DNA of 36,834 bases, taken from Bacillota bacterium. Lineage in GTDB: Bacteria > Bacillota > Limnochordia > Darwinibacteriales > Darwinibacteriaceae. Below, piece after piece: positions 14,126 to 22,316 of this stretch (positions within the stretch are counted from its first letter, which is position 1; every line of letters begins with the position of its first letter). Both the position numbers and the translations under genes were made by a program. The stretch covers positions 1 to 36,834 of the forward strand of contig JAAYSR010000015.1 in NCBI GenBank assembly GCA_012518325.1, read 5' to 3'. The notes beneath the pieces were generated by a model, which saw nothing but the letters and a program-made list of their open reading frames with translations, was not told the DNA's origin and made no database searches.

Positions 14126-15460
14126 TCAAATTTTTCTAAAAATGGCCAAAAAGAAACCGTCCAGCCCATGACGGTGGGGAAGGATCGTCTTCATCCAGGC
14201 CGGTCCGGCAGAGGCGGGAAACCAGTCCGGAAAGGAATAACCCTGGAAGTCCCCATGGCTGGCTAAAAACCAGTCAGCCACAGCCTGGTTCTCGTTGCTG
14301 GTCAGGGTGCAGGTGGAATAGAGCAAAAGCCCTCCAGGGACCACGTAACGTGCAGCCGCAGCCAAGATTTGCCTTTGCAGTGCGGCAAGCTCCTCGATAT
14401 CCCCCAGCTCCTTGCGCCAGCGAATATCCGGGCGGTGGCCCATGGTGCCAAGTCCTGAGCAGGGGGCATCCACCAGCACCCTGGGAGCCGGCGGCAGCTG
14501 CAGGTTCTCCGCCGCGTTGCCGACCCTGGTTTCTATGATGGCAGCCCCGAGGCGCCTGGCGTTCTCCTCCACCAGCCTGAGGCGGTTCGGGCTGATGTCA
14601 AAGGCCAGTATCTTCCCTTCATTGCCCATCAGCTGAGCCAGATGGGTGGCTTTGCCGCCAGGGGCGCTGCAAAGATCGTAGACTGTCTGCCCAGGCTCTG
14701 CCTGCAGGGCGTGGGCGGCCAAAGCGCTGCTTTCGTCCTGCACATAGTACATCCCAGCTTCCAGCCCCTGATCACGCACAGCCAGGTGGGCGGGGCTTAC
14801 TTCCAGAATATCAGGAGCATACTGTCCGGGCTTAACGCTCAGGCCCCGCCCTTCCAGATAGGTCTGCACCTCCTCAGGGGAGTGCTTCAGCGTGTTTACA
14901 CGAATCTGCAGCCGGGGCGGCTCGTTCAGCGCCTGGCAGAGTGCGACGGTCTCGTCTTTGCCCAGCCAGTCCAGCCAGTGTTCAACGATCCAGTCTGGAA
15001 AAGAGTATTTTACGCCGAGATGCCTGACCAGATCCCTTCCTTGATCTGGATAGGGAATTGAGCCGCGTCTGCGGACAACCTGCCGTAATATTCCGTTGGT
15101 GAACTTGGCCAGGCCTTCATGGCCGAAGAGGCGAGCCAGATTGACCGCCTCGTGGACCGCCGCCCGGGCAGGCACCCGGTCCAGGTAGAGGATCTGGTAG
15201 ACCGCACTGCGCAGCACATTTAGGATCTCAGGCTTGATTTTGGCTAAAGGCCGGGAGCTGCACAGAGACAGGACATAATCCAGGCTGCGGCGCATGCGCA
15301 CCGTTCCGTAGACAAGCTCTGTGTAAAGCCCCTGGTCAAGGCTGCTCAAGGAGTTCTGCCTCAAATGAGAATCGAGGACTTCGCGCAAGAAGTCCTCCGT
15401 TTTCTCCAATTTATTGAGGGTGAGCACGGCAAGCTGCCGCGGATTTGTTACCTTAGCCAT
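14126..15460 (-). CDS. rsmB: 16S rRNA (cytosine967-C5)-methyltransferase
   Basis: The 444 aa ORF has an N-terminal NusB-like domain and a SAM methyltransferase domain (DLCSAPGGKT, DAPCSGLGT, YSTCT). It lies downstream of fmt as in many bacteria. Confidence 0.9.
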   Translation of the reverse strand: MAKVTNPRQLAVLTLNKLEKTEDFLREVLDSHLRQNSLSSLDQGLYTELVYGTVRMRRSLDYVLSLCSSRPLAKIKPEILNVLRSAVYQILYLDRVPARAAVHEAVNLARLFGHEGLAKFTNGILRQVVRRRGSIPYPDQGRDLVRHLGVKYSFPDWIVEHWLDWLGKDETVALCQALNEPPRLQIRVNTLKHSPEEVQTYLEGRGLSVKPGQYAPDILEVSPAHLAVRDQGLEAGMYYVQDESSALAAHALQAEPGQTVYDLCSAPGGKATHLAQLMGNEGKILAFDISPNRLRLVEENARRLGAAIIETRVGNAAENLQLPPAPRVLVDAPCSGLGTMGHRPDIRWRKELGDIEELAALQRQILAAAARYVVPGGLLLYSTCTLTSNENQAVADWFLASHGDFQGYSFPDWFPASAGPAWMKTILPHRHGLDGFFLAIFRKI

Positions 15461-16140
15461 TAGCGTCTCCTCTGCCCTCTCAAGATCAAAAGGCGGAGCA
15501 GCTGCGTGGCAGAGACAGCTACAGCAGCCACATAGGTCAGGGCAGCGGCGTTCAGCACCGCCTTGGCCTTGGGTACTTCAGCCCTGCTTAAGTAGCCTCC
15601 GCTGTGGAGGAATCCTAAGGCCCGCCTGGATGCGTTGAATTCCACAGGCAAAGTCACCAGCTGAAAGCCGAGGGCGGCAATGAAGAACCAGATGCCCACC
15701 AGCATCAGTACATCAAAGCTGAACAAAAAGCCCATTAAGAAAAGGGGCATGGCCATTTGGGAGCCGAGGCTGGCAACTGGAAAGAGGCCGGTCCTCAGGG
15801 CCAATGGCGCATATTTTTGGGCATGCTGCACAGCATGGCCCACCTCGTGAGCGGCAACGCCCAGGGCGGCAACGCTGGTGCCGCTGTAGACATCTGCCGA
15901 AAGGCGTACGGTGTTGGTGCGGGGATCATAGTGGTCCGTCAGCCTGCCTGAAATCCGCTCCACATTAACATTGTGCAGTCCATTGTCGTCCAGAATCTGA
16001 CGGGCAATCTGGCCGCCGGTAAAACCGGCATAGGACCGTTCCCTTAAGTAGCGGCTAAAAGTGGTGTTCACCTTGAATTGGGCATACATGGCAAAAAACA
16101 GTGCAGGAAGAACCAAAATAAACGTAGGATCATAAAACAT
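15460..16140 (-). CDS. YugP-family membrane zinc metallopeptidase
   Basis: The 226 aa ORF has an MFYDPTFILV N-terminus, LTDHYDP, the HExxH motif AAHEVGHAVQH, and C-terminal TM helices. Its stop and the rsmB start share one nucleotide (TAATG). Confidence 0.8.
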   Translation of the reverse strand: MFYDPTFILVLPALFFAMYAQFKVNTTFSRYLRERSYAGFTGGQIARQILDDNGLHNVNVERISGRLTDHYDPRTNTVRLSADVYSGTSVAALGVAAHEVGHAVQHAQKYAPLALRTGLFPVASLGSQMAMPLFLMGFLFSFDVLMLVGIWFFIAALGFQLVTLPVEFNASRRALGFLHSGGYLSRAEVPKAKAVLNAAALTYVAAVAVSATQLLRLLILRGQRRR

Positions 16141-16158
16141 CCAATCTCCTCCTTTTGG

Positions 16159-17076
16159 TTATAAATAATCTCCCACGCGCAGACGCAGTCCGTTGGCAAA
16201 GTCCACGCCTGAAACAGCCTTGGCATTGGGTCTTTGCACTTTCAGCAAGAGCAGCGACCCGAGGCCGCAGCCCACAAGCAGCCCCTGGCCCTCCAGGGCC
16301 AGAATCTCCCCTGGGGCCCCTGACGCATCGCTAGGCAGCGCTTCATGGATCTTCACCGTTTCCTCCCCTACGTAAGTGTAAGCCAACGGCCAGGGATTCA
16401 TGCCCCTAATCAGGCGATCCAGCCGGTCGGCGGGTTCCTTGAAATCTACGTATGAATCATCTTTCGAAAGTTTAAAAGCATAACTTGCCGCCCCGTGATC
16501 CTGCGGTTTCCGGGGGGCGTTCCCCGCTGCAATCTGCCGCACCGTTTCCCGCAAGAGCTCAGCTCCTTTGACCATCAGACGGTCGTGGAGAGCCCCTGCT
16601 GTATCCCGGGGCAGGATGGGCTCTTCAGCCTGGAGGATGATATCTCCGGTATCCCAGCCTGAATCCATGTACATCGTGGTGACACCTGTGACAGAGTCCC
16701 CTTGCACAATCGCGGCGTTGATGGGAGCAGCCCCCCTGTACTTGGGCAAAAGGGAGCTGTGCACATTGACGCAGCCGTACTTGGGCATTTCCAGCAGACG
16801 GTCCGGCAGTTTCTGGCCAAAGGCAACTACAACAAAGAGGTCCGCGCCGTAGGCTTCCAGCTCATCCATGACCTCCGGAACACCTACTTTCTCCGGCTGC
16901 AGGACGGTGAGGCCGTGCTTCAAAGCAGCTTCTTTGACAGGAGAGGGGCGCAGCCGCTGGCCCCGGCCGCTTCTGCGGTCGGGCTGAGTGACCACCGCCA
17001 CAACATCATGCTCCTCCACCAGCACTTCCAGGCTGGGTACGGCAAAATCCGGGGTTCCCATAAAGATGATGCGCAT
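16159..17076 (-). CDS. fmt: Methionyl-tRNA formyltransferase
   Basis: The 305 aa ORF has the MRIIFMGTPDFAVPSL N-terminus and the HSSLLPKYRGAAPI motif. It is adjacent to def. Confidence 0.93.
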   Translation of the reverse strand: MRIIFMGTPDFAVPSLEVLVEEHDVVAVVTQPDRRSGRGQRLRPSPVKEAALKHGLTVLQPEKVGVPEVMDELEAYGADLFVVVAFGQKLPDRLLEMPKYGCVNVHSSLLPKYRGAAPINAAIVQGDSVTGVTTMYMDSGWDTGDIILQAEEPILPRDTAGALHDRLMVKGAELLRETVRQIAAGNAPRKPQDHGAASYAFKLSKDDSYVDFKEPADRLDRLIRGMNPWPLAYTYVGEETVKIHEALPSDASGAPGEILALEGQGLLVGCGLGSLLLLKVQRPNAKAVSGVDFANGLRLRVGDYL

Positions 17077-17574
17077 TCACTCACCCTTTCCCAGCTCAGC
17101 CACTTCAACTTCCGGCTCTTCGATGATCTCCGCTTCCGCGATCATGCGATCCAGCATCAGTACACCGTCCAGGTGGTCGATTTCATGCTGCAGCGCCCGG
17201 GCAAAAAGACCGTCGGCCTGGATGCGCACTGGTTTTCCCTTTTCATCCCTGCCGGTAACCTCAAGCTCGGTGGCGCGCTTTACATACACCCAGCGCTCAG
17301 GGATGCTCAGGCAGCCTTCAACATCTATCTCTTCACCGCTGGAAGCCGCGATTTTGGGATTCACCAAGACAACCGGCCCTTCGCCCACATCCAAGACAAT
17401 GATCCGCTTGCTCACCCCGACCTGGGGGGCGGCCAGCCCGATGCCGTTGGCCTCATACATCGTTTCCAGCATATCATCTATCAGTTTCGCAACTTTCTTG
17501 GTTATTCTGGGCACTTCCTCAGCAGTTTGCTCCAAAACAGGATCACCCACAGTGACAATTGGCAGTTTAGCCAC
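17077..17574 (-). CDS. def: Peptide deformylase
   Basis: The 165 aa ORF carries the three deformylase motifs GIGLAAPQ, EGCLS and HEIDH. It starts at a GTG with a GAGGTGG SD. Confidence 0.93.
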   Translation of the reverse strand: MAKLPIVTVGDPVLEQTAEEVPRITKKVAKLIDDMLETMYEANGIGLAAPQVGVSKRIIVLDVGEGPVVLVNPKIAASSGEEIDVEGCLSIPERWVYVKRATELEVTGRDEKGKPVRIQADGLFARALQHEIDHLDGVLMLDRMIAEAEIIEEPEVEVAELGKGE

Positions 17575-17612
17575 AGTACCACCTCAATTCTACTCACCTT
17601 TATTATACCATA

Positions 17613-19802
17613 TTAGAGCATATAGATCGGATCAATGTCGATTGTAACAAGCACTTGATCATCAGTGGGCGGCAGCTGCCTCAGCCTGGCCGAGGGCGGA
17701 CCGTCGCTTTTCAGCAAGATCTGCCAGCGGTAACGTCCCTGGATTCTGCCGATGGGGGCAGGGGCAGGTCCGAATACATCCTGGCCCGGAAAGCCCTGAC
17801 TGAGGAGACAGGCATGGATCTGACGGGCAGCTTCTTCCGCCGCCTGCTGCGGCCCGCTGCAGAGAATGCGGGTGAGCTGCCGAAAAGGCGGATAGCCGAG
17901 CTGCCGGCGAAAACCTATTTCCCTGCGGTAAAACTCCAGGTAGTCATGGTTCTGAGCTGCCCGAACCGCGAAGTGAGAAGGATCATAGGACTGGATAATC
18001 ACTTCGCCCTTCTTCTCCCCCCGTCCGCTTCTGCCCGCAACCTGGGTCAGGAGCTGAAAAGTGCGCTCAGGGGAGCGGATGTCAGGAAAGTTCAGGGAGA
18101 GATCCGCACTGAGCACCCCTACCAAAGTTACATTGGGAAAATCAAAGCCCTTGGCCACCATCTGGGTGCCCACCAAAATCTGGGCCTGCCCCTGGGCAAA
18201 CCTGCGCAGAATAGAGGCATGGGCGCCCTTGCGCCGAGTAGTGTCTGCATCCAGGCGCAGGGATTTCAGCTCAGGGAACTCCCTGGTCAAAGCCTCCTGC
18301 ACCTGTTCTGTCCCTACTCCAAACTGCCGGAGAAAGCGGGAAGCACATTTCGGGCAGGACTTGGGCAGAACTTCCCTGTGCAGGCAGTAATGGCAGTGCA
18401 GCCTGTCATCTTCCCGGTGATAGGTCAGGGACACCTGGCAGTTTGGGCAGCCTATCACTTCCCCGCACTCCCGGCAGAGCACAAAGCGGGAAAAGCCGCG
18501 CCTGTTCAAAAGAATGATGGCCTGGTTGCCGGTGACCGTGAGCTTTTCCAGGGCCCTTTTCAGTTCGGTGCTGAAAATGGAGCGGTTGCCCCGCTCAAAC
18601 TCAGCCCGCATATCCACCACCTGAACCTGCGGCAAAGGGCGCTCTTCCACCCTGTGGGTGAGCTCCGCGAGGAGGTAGTCACCCTGGAGGGCTTTGTGAT
18701 AGCTTTCCAGGGCCGGCGTGGCACTGCCCAGTACAGCCTGGGCGCCCTCGAGCTCGCAGCGCTTAATCGCCACATCCCTGGCGTGGTAGCGAATGGAGCC
18801 TTCCTCCTGCTTATAGGTGGTTTCATGTTCCTCATCCAGGACAATCAGGCCCAGGCATCTGGTTGGGGCGAAAACCGCAGAACGGGCCCCGATTACCACA
18901 TCCACTTCGCCGCGATAGGTTTTCCACCACTGGTCAAAGCGTTCCCCCAGGGAAAGACCGCTGTGCAGAACTGAGATCCTGTCCCCGAAACGGGCTGCAA
19001 AGCGGCTGACGGTCTGGGGAGTCAGGGCAATTTCCGGAACCAGTACAATAGCCTGTTTGCCCTGCTTAATCACATCGGCAATCACGTTGAGATAAACTTC
19101 TGTTTTTCCGCTGCCGGTGACGCCATGGAGCAGGACCGGGCGCCCTTCGCCCTCCAGTTCCCTCTGTATCGTTTCTACAGCAGACTTCTGCTCAGCCGTC
19201 AGCGTCACCTTTTGGTCAGGCACCTGATCCCACTCCACTTTTCGTTCAATGACAGCGGTGCCCAGGGCAATAATACCCTGTTCTTCCAACGCCCGCAGCG
19301 TGCTGCGGCTGGTGTCAGCCTGTGCAATCAAGTCCGCGGCCAAGAGCGTTTGCTTTTTCTGCAGAATCTCTACAACCCTTTTTTGGGCTGCAGCATTTTT
19401 CCTCAACTTAGGGTTTTGCACGAGCAAGGTTACGGTTTGGGCGGTCTTGGCCCCCACCCTTTCCTTCCCGTATCTGAAGGCCGGCGGCAGCATGTACTGC
19501 AGAGCTTCGGAGAAAAGGCCCACATAGGTCTCTCCCATCCAGCGGGCGAGCTCCACCAGTGATGGGAGAATAATGGGATCGGGATCAAGGAGATCCAATA
19601 ACTCCTTTAATTTATCTTGCTCCACCTCCAGCTCGCTGGAGAGCTGCACCACATAGCCTTCCAGTTTGCGGCGCCCAAAGGGCACCAGCACCCGGTGGCC
19701 GATCTCCAGTTTGTCCCTTAAGCTTCCCGGGATTCTGTACTGGAAAATCCGGTTAACTGCCTCAGCCCGCACATCTACAATCACTCCGGCATACTGTTCC
19801 AT
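17613..19802 (-). CDS. priA: Primosomal replication restart helicase PriA
   Basis: It has Walker A GVTGSGKT, DEEH, and the Cys-rich zinc-binding insertion (CRECG..CPNC..C..C). I place the start at the ATG at 19802 (MEQYAGVIVDV, the typical PriA N-terminus, with a GGTGAGAAG SD). The ORF-track start at 19883 would run into rpoZ. Confidence 0.92.
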   Translation of the reverse strand: MEQYAGVIVDVRAEAVNRIFQYRIPGSLRDKLEIGHRVLVPFGRRKLEGYVVQLSSELEVEQDKLKELLDLLDPDPIILPSLVELARWMGETYVGLFSEALQYMLPPAFRYGKERVGAKTAQTVTLLVQNPKLRKNAAAQKRVVEILQKKQTLLAADLIAQADTSRSTLRALEEQGIIALGTAVIERKVEWDQVPDQKVTLTAEQKSAVETIQRELEGEGRPVLLHGVTGSGKTEVYLNVIADVIKQGKQAIVLVPEIALTPQTVSRFAARFGDRISVLHSGLSLGERFDQWWKTYRGEVDVVIGARSAVFAPTRCLGLIVLDEEHETTYKQEEGSIRYHARDVAIKRCELEGAQAVLGSATPALESYHKALQGDYLLAELTHRVEERPLPQVQVVDMRAEFERGNRSIFSTELKRALEKLTVTGNQAIILLNRRGFSRFVLCRECGEVIGCPNCQVSLTYHREDDRLHCHYCLHREVLPKSCPKCASRFLRQFGVGTEQVQEALTREFPELKSLRLDADTTRRKGAHASILRRFAQGQAQILVGTQMVAKGFDFPNVTLVGVLSADLSLNFPDIRSPERTFQLLTQVAGRSGRGEKKGEVIIQSYDPSHFAVRAAQNHDYLEFYRREIGFRRQLGYPPFRQLTRILCSGPQQAAEEAARQIHACLLSQGFPGQDVFGPAPAPIGRIQGRYRWQILLKSDGPPSARLRQLPPTDDQVLVTIDIDPIYML

Positions 19803-19848
19803 CTTCTCACCGCCAAAAAAACCTGTGGTTTTGGACCACAGGCTTTGC

Positions 19849-20043
19849 TTACTTCGACTCGCCTTTATTGAACTTCCATTCAATCTTGCCTGCCTTTAAC
19901 TCTTCAATGGCGATACTCACAGGCTTTTTTGACTTGCACTCTATTACAGGCTCAGCACCGTCAATGATCTGCCTGGCCCGTTGTGAAACGGCGACAATGG
20001 CCGTATAGCGATCTAACTTGCTAGCTGGTTTCGGTGAACTCAA
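19849..20043 (-). CDS. rpoZ: DNA-directed RNA polymerase subunit omega
   Basis: The 64 aa ORF has a core (DRYTAIVAVSQRARQI) typical of omega. Its TTG start lies 7 nt after a GGAAGGAGGT SD. Its position after gmk is conserved. Confidence 0.8.
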   Translation of the reverse strand: MSSPKPASKLDRYTAIVAVSQRARQIIDGAEPVIECKSKKPVSIAIEELKAGKIEWKFNKGESK

Positions 20044-20656
20044 CTGACGAACCTCCTTCCCAAATCACTCGCAGTTTTTCTAGGTCAAGCCTGCTGACCC
20101 TGGACCATTCGCTTAAAATGATCTGCCGCAGCTGCTCTGCGGCCCGGCCCAGGTCATCGTTGATTATATAATAATCATAGTTTACTATATGCTTGATTTC
20201 TTCGTAAGATTTGGCGAGTCTCCGCTTGATTGCTTCTTCCGATTCAGAACCCCTGCGCTTCAAGCGCCTGCTCAGCTCCTCAGGCGTGGGGGGCAGCAAA
20301 AACACGTAGACTGCCTCGGGCATTTTCTCCCTGATTTGGGCTGCGCCCTGAATGTCAATATCCATAATAACTGCATTGCCCGCCTCAATCTGGTCATACA
20401 CAAAACTCTTCGGCGTACCGTAACGGTAGCCCACAAAGGTAGCCGATTCTAATAATAGGTCATCTTTGAGCATTTGGTCAAATTCTTCCTCTGTCCGGAA
20501 GAAATAGTTGACCCCGTCCACCTCTCCGGCCCGGGGCGGCCGGGTAGTAACGCTAATGGAGTATTTCAAGTTAGGGACAGTAGGAAAAACGGCGTTCATC
20601 ACAGAGTTTTTCCCAGCCCCGCTTGGGCCGGACAACACTATGAGAAAACCCTTCAT
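20021..20656 (-). CDS. gmk: Guanylate kinase
   Basis: The ATG at 20656 gives MKGFLIVLSGPSGAGKNSV (P-loop), followed by SVTTRPPRAGEVDGVNYFF. The ORF-track start at 20698 adds 14 residues with no SD. Confidence 0.92.
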   Translation of the reverse strand: MKGFLIVLSGPSGAGKNSVMNAVFPTVPNLKYSISVTTRPPRAGEVDGVNYFFRTEEEFDQMLKDDLLLESATFVGYRYGTPKSFVYDQIEAGNAVIMDIDIQGAAQIREKMPEAVYVFLLPPTPEELSRRLKRRGSESEEAIKRRLAKSYEEIKHIVNYDYYIINDDLGRAAEQLRQIILSEWSRVSRLDLEKLRVIWEGGSSVEFTETS

Positions 20657-20713
20657 TTTTAACCCACCGTCCCTGACATCCTGTAGTGTACCCTTCAACT
20701 CAGCAGTAACCCC

Positions 20714-20980
20714 CTATTTCTCATTAGGTTCCAGTTGTTCTTTATTGCTTAAGCGATGTGCCACGGTTTCAGGTTGCACTGCTGACAAAATGATGTGATC
20801 ACTATCAGCGATAATCACCGCTCTGGTGCGCCGGCCGTAGGTGGCATCAATAAGCATGCCCCTTTCCCTGGCCTCCTGCACCATTCGTTTAATGGGAGCC
20901 GATTCGGGGCTGACGATAGCCACAATTCTGTTAGCTGCCACTATATTTCCGAATCCGATGTTGATCAACCGTATCCCCAT
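20714..20980 (-). CDS. remA: RemA/YlzA (DUF370) family regulator
   Basis: [77 protein letters not shown] is nearly colinear with the remembered B. subtilis RemA. The ATG at 20980 lies 8 nt after a GGAG SD. Confidence 0.88.
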   Translation of the reverse strand: MGIRLINIGFGNIVAANRIVAIVSPESAPIKRMVQEARERGMLIDATYGRRTRAVIIADSDHIILSAVQPETVAHRLSNKEQLEPNEK

Positions 20981-20999
20981 GTTCACAGCTCCTTACAGA

Positions 21000-21308
21000 T
21001 TATCCGAGCCGCTCCAGCAGCTTCTCCCTCTGCCTTTTACCCAAACCTTGTACGCGGCGATTCTCGTTGATACCTATCTCACGCATAATCTTCTCAGATG
21101 TTACCTTGCCCACCTGGGGCAGGGACTGGAGCAGATAGGTGACGCGCATTCTAGCAATCACTTCGTCGTCAACTGAATCCAACACTTCCTGAAGGGTCAT
21201 GGAGCCCTTCTTCAGCTTAGCCCTGACCTCAGCCCTTCTGCTGCGCATTTCCTGGGCCTTTCTAAGCGCATCCAACTTCTCGTCCTGTGTCAAATGCGGC
21301 AGTGCCAT
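21000..21308 (-). CDS. Actinobacterial-type integration host factor-like protein (mIHF/sIHF family)
   Basis: The 102 aa sequence MALPHLTQDEKLDALRKAQEMRSRRAEVRAKLKKGSMTLQEVL...LLQSLPQVGKVTSEKIMREIGINENRRVQGLGKRQREKLLERLG aligns along its whole length with my memory of mycobacterial mIHF (MALPQLTDEQRAAALEKA...LPKVGKVKAQEIM...RRLRGLGDRQRKALLEKFG). It has a strong AAGGGGGTGA SD. Confidence 0.7.
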   Translation of the reverse strand: MALPHLTQDEKLDALRKAQEMRSRRAEVRAKLKKGSMTLQEVLDSVDDEVIARMRVTYLLQSLPQVGKVTSEKIMREIGINENRRVQGLGKRQREKLLERLG

Positions 21309-21350
21309 ACTTGTTCACCCCCTTTGTACCAACATTTAGGACAATTATAG

Positions 21351-22229
21351 CTACTCGATATTCTGCACTTGTTCCCGGATTTTCTCCAGTTCACTCTTCA
21401 TGCTTACTACCGAAGCTGCTATATGCACATTGTTGGCCTTCGAGCCTATCGTATTCACTTCCCGATTCATTTCCTGGATCAAAAAGTCAAGCTTGCGCCC
21501 TACCGAGGCATGGGACTTTAGTGTTTCTTTGAACTCCTGGATATGGCTGGCCAGACGCACCAGCTCTTCGTCAATGCTGCAGCGGTCGGCAAAGATGGCC
21601 ACCTCGCCTAAGAAGCGCTCTTCTGTCAGCGTTGTTCCGTCCAACAACTCTCCCAGGCGTTCCCTCAGGCGCTTCCGATAATCGACGACAACCTGGGGTG
21701 CAATGCCGGCCACATCTGCCCTTAGTTTCTCTACCTGCAGGAGCTTTTCCTCCAAGTCGGCACATAATCTGCGCCCCTCGGCCTCCCGCATCGCTTCCAG
21801 GCCGTCCAGGGCTGCATTGGCAGCCTGGGCAACCAGCTGCTGCAGATTATCCCAGTCCAAAGGCGGCTCGTCCACCTCTAAAAGCCCAGGCAGGACCAGG
21901 ATATCGGACAGCTGGATTTTGTCTTCGCTGCCCAGTTCAGACTGGATCGTCCGCAGAGCCTGCAGGTATCCCTTTAACAGTGCATTATTAATCTGTACAA
22001 TTCGCTCTTGATCGCCAAATTCCTCCACTGACAGCGTCACTTCTACCCTGCCCCTGGCAAGCCTGCCTGTGATAACTGTTCTGAGGGTCTCTTCCAGCTG
22101 GCTGTATTGCTTCGGGATTCTGAAGAACAAGTCCAAATAGCGGTGGTTAACTGATTTTATTTCAACCTGGACAGCATATCCGGCATCCGCCGCCTCCCCT
22201 TGTCCAAAGCCCGTCATGCTCTTGATCAA
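21351..22229 (-). CDS. YicC/YloC family endoribonuclease
   Basis: It has the typical N-terminus (L)IKSMTGFGQGE and a C-terminal DUF1732-type segment (KLDFLIQEMNREVNTIGSKA). I favour the TTG at 22229, which lies 7 nt after a GGAGG SD. The ORF-track start is at 22253. Confidence 0.85.
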   Translation of the reverse strand: MIKSMTGFGQGEAADAGYAVQVEIKSVNHRYLDLFFRIPKQYSQLEETLRTVITGRLARGRVEVTLSVEEFGDQERIVQINNALLKGYLQALRTIQSELGSEDKIQLSDILVLPGLLEVDEPPLDWDNLQQLVAQAANAALDGLEAMREAEGRRLCADLEEKLLQVEKLRADVAGIAPQVVVDYRKRLRERLGELLDGTTLTEERFLGEVAIFADRCSIDEELVRLASHIQEFKETLKSHASVGRKLDFLIQEMNREVNTIGSKANNVHIAASVVSMKSELEKIREQVQNIE

Positions 22230-22316
22230 ATCACTCGCCTCCAATTGCACCATCTCTAGTATCTTCTGGATTTGGCAGAATAATCCTGCTGAGAGACAAT
22301 TGAAATAGTCGCCAAT

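Noticed and set aside
19803-19883. Upstream extensions of priA (to 19883), gmk (to 20698), yicC (to 22253), remA (to 20986), thiT (to 4041), the Spo0A-like gene (to 14062) and the TPR gene (to 25828), as listed in the ORF track.
   Set aside because: In each case an internal start has a properly spaced SD and yields the family-typical N-terminus. The longer forms overlap neighbouring genes or regulatory structures.
22254-22316. A possible terminator between the P-type ATPase and yicC.
   Set aside because: Only 4-bp complementarities are present and there is no U-tract, so the two genes are probably co-transcribed.
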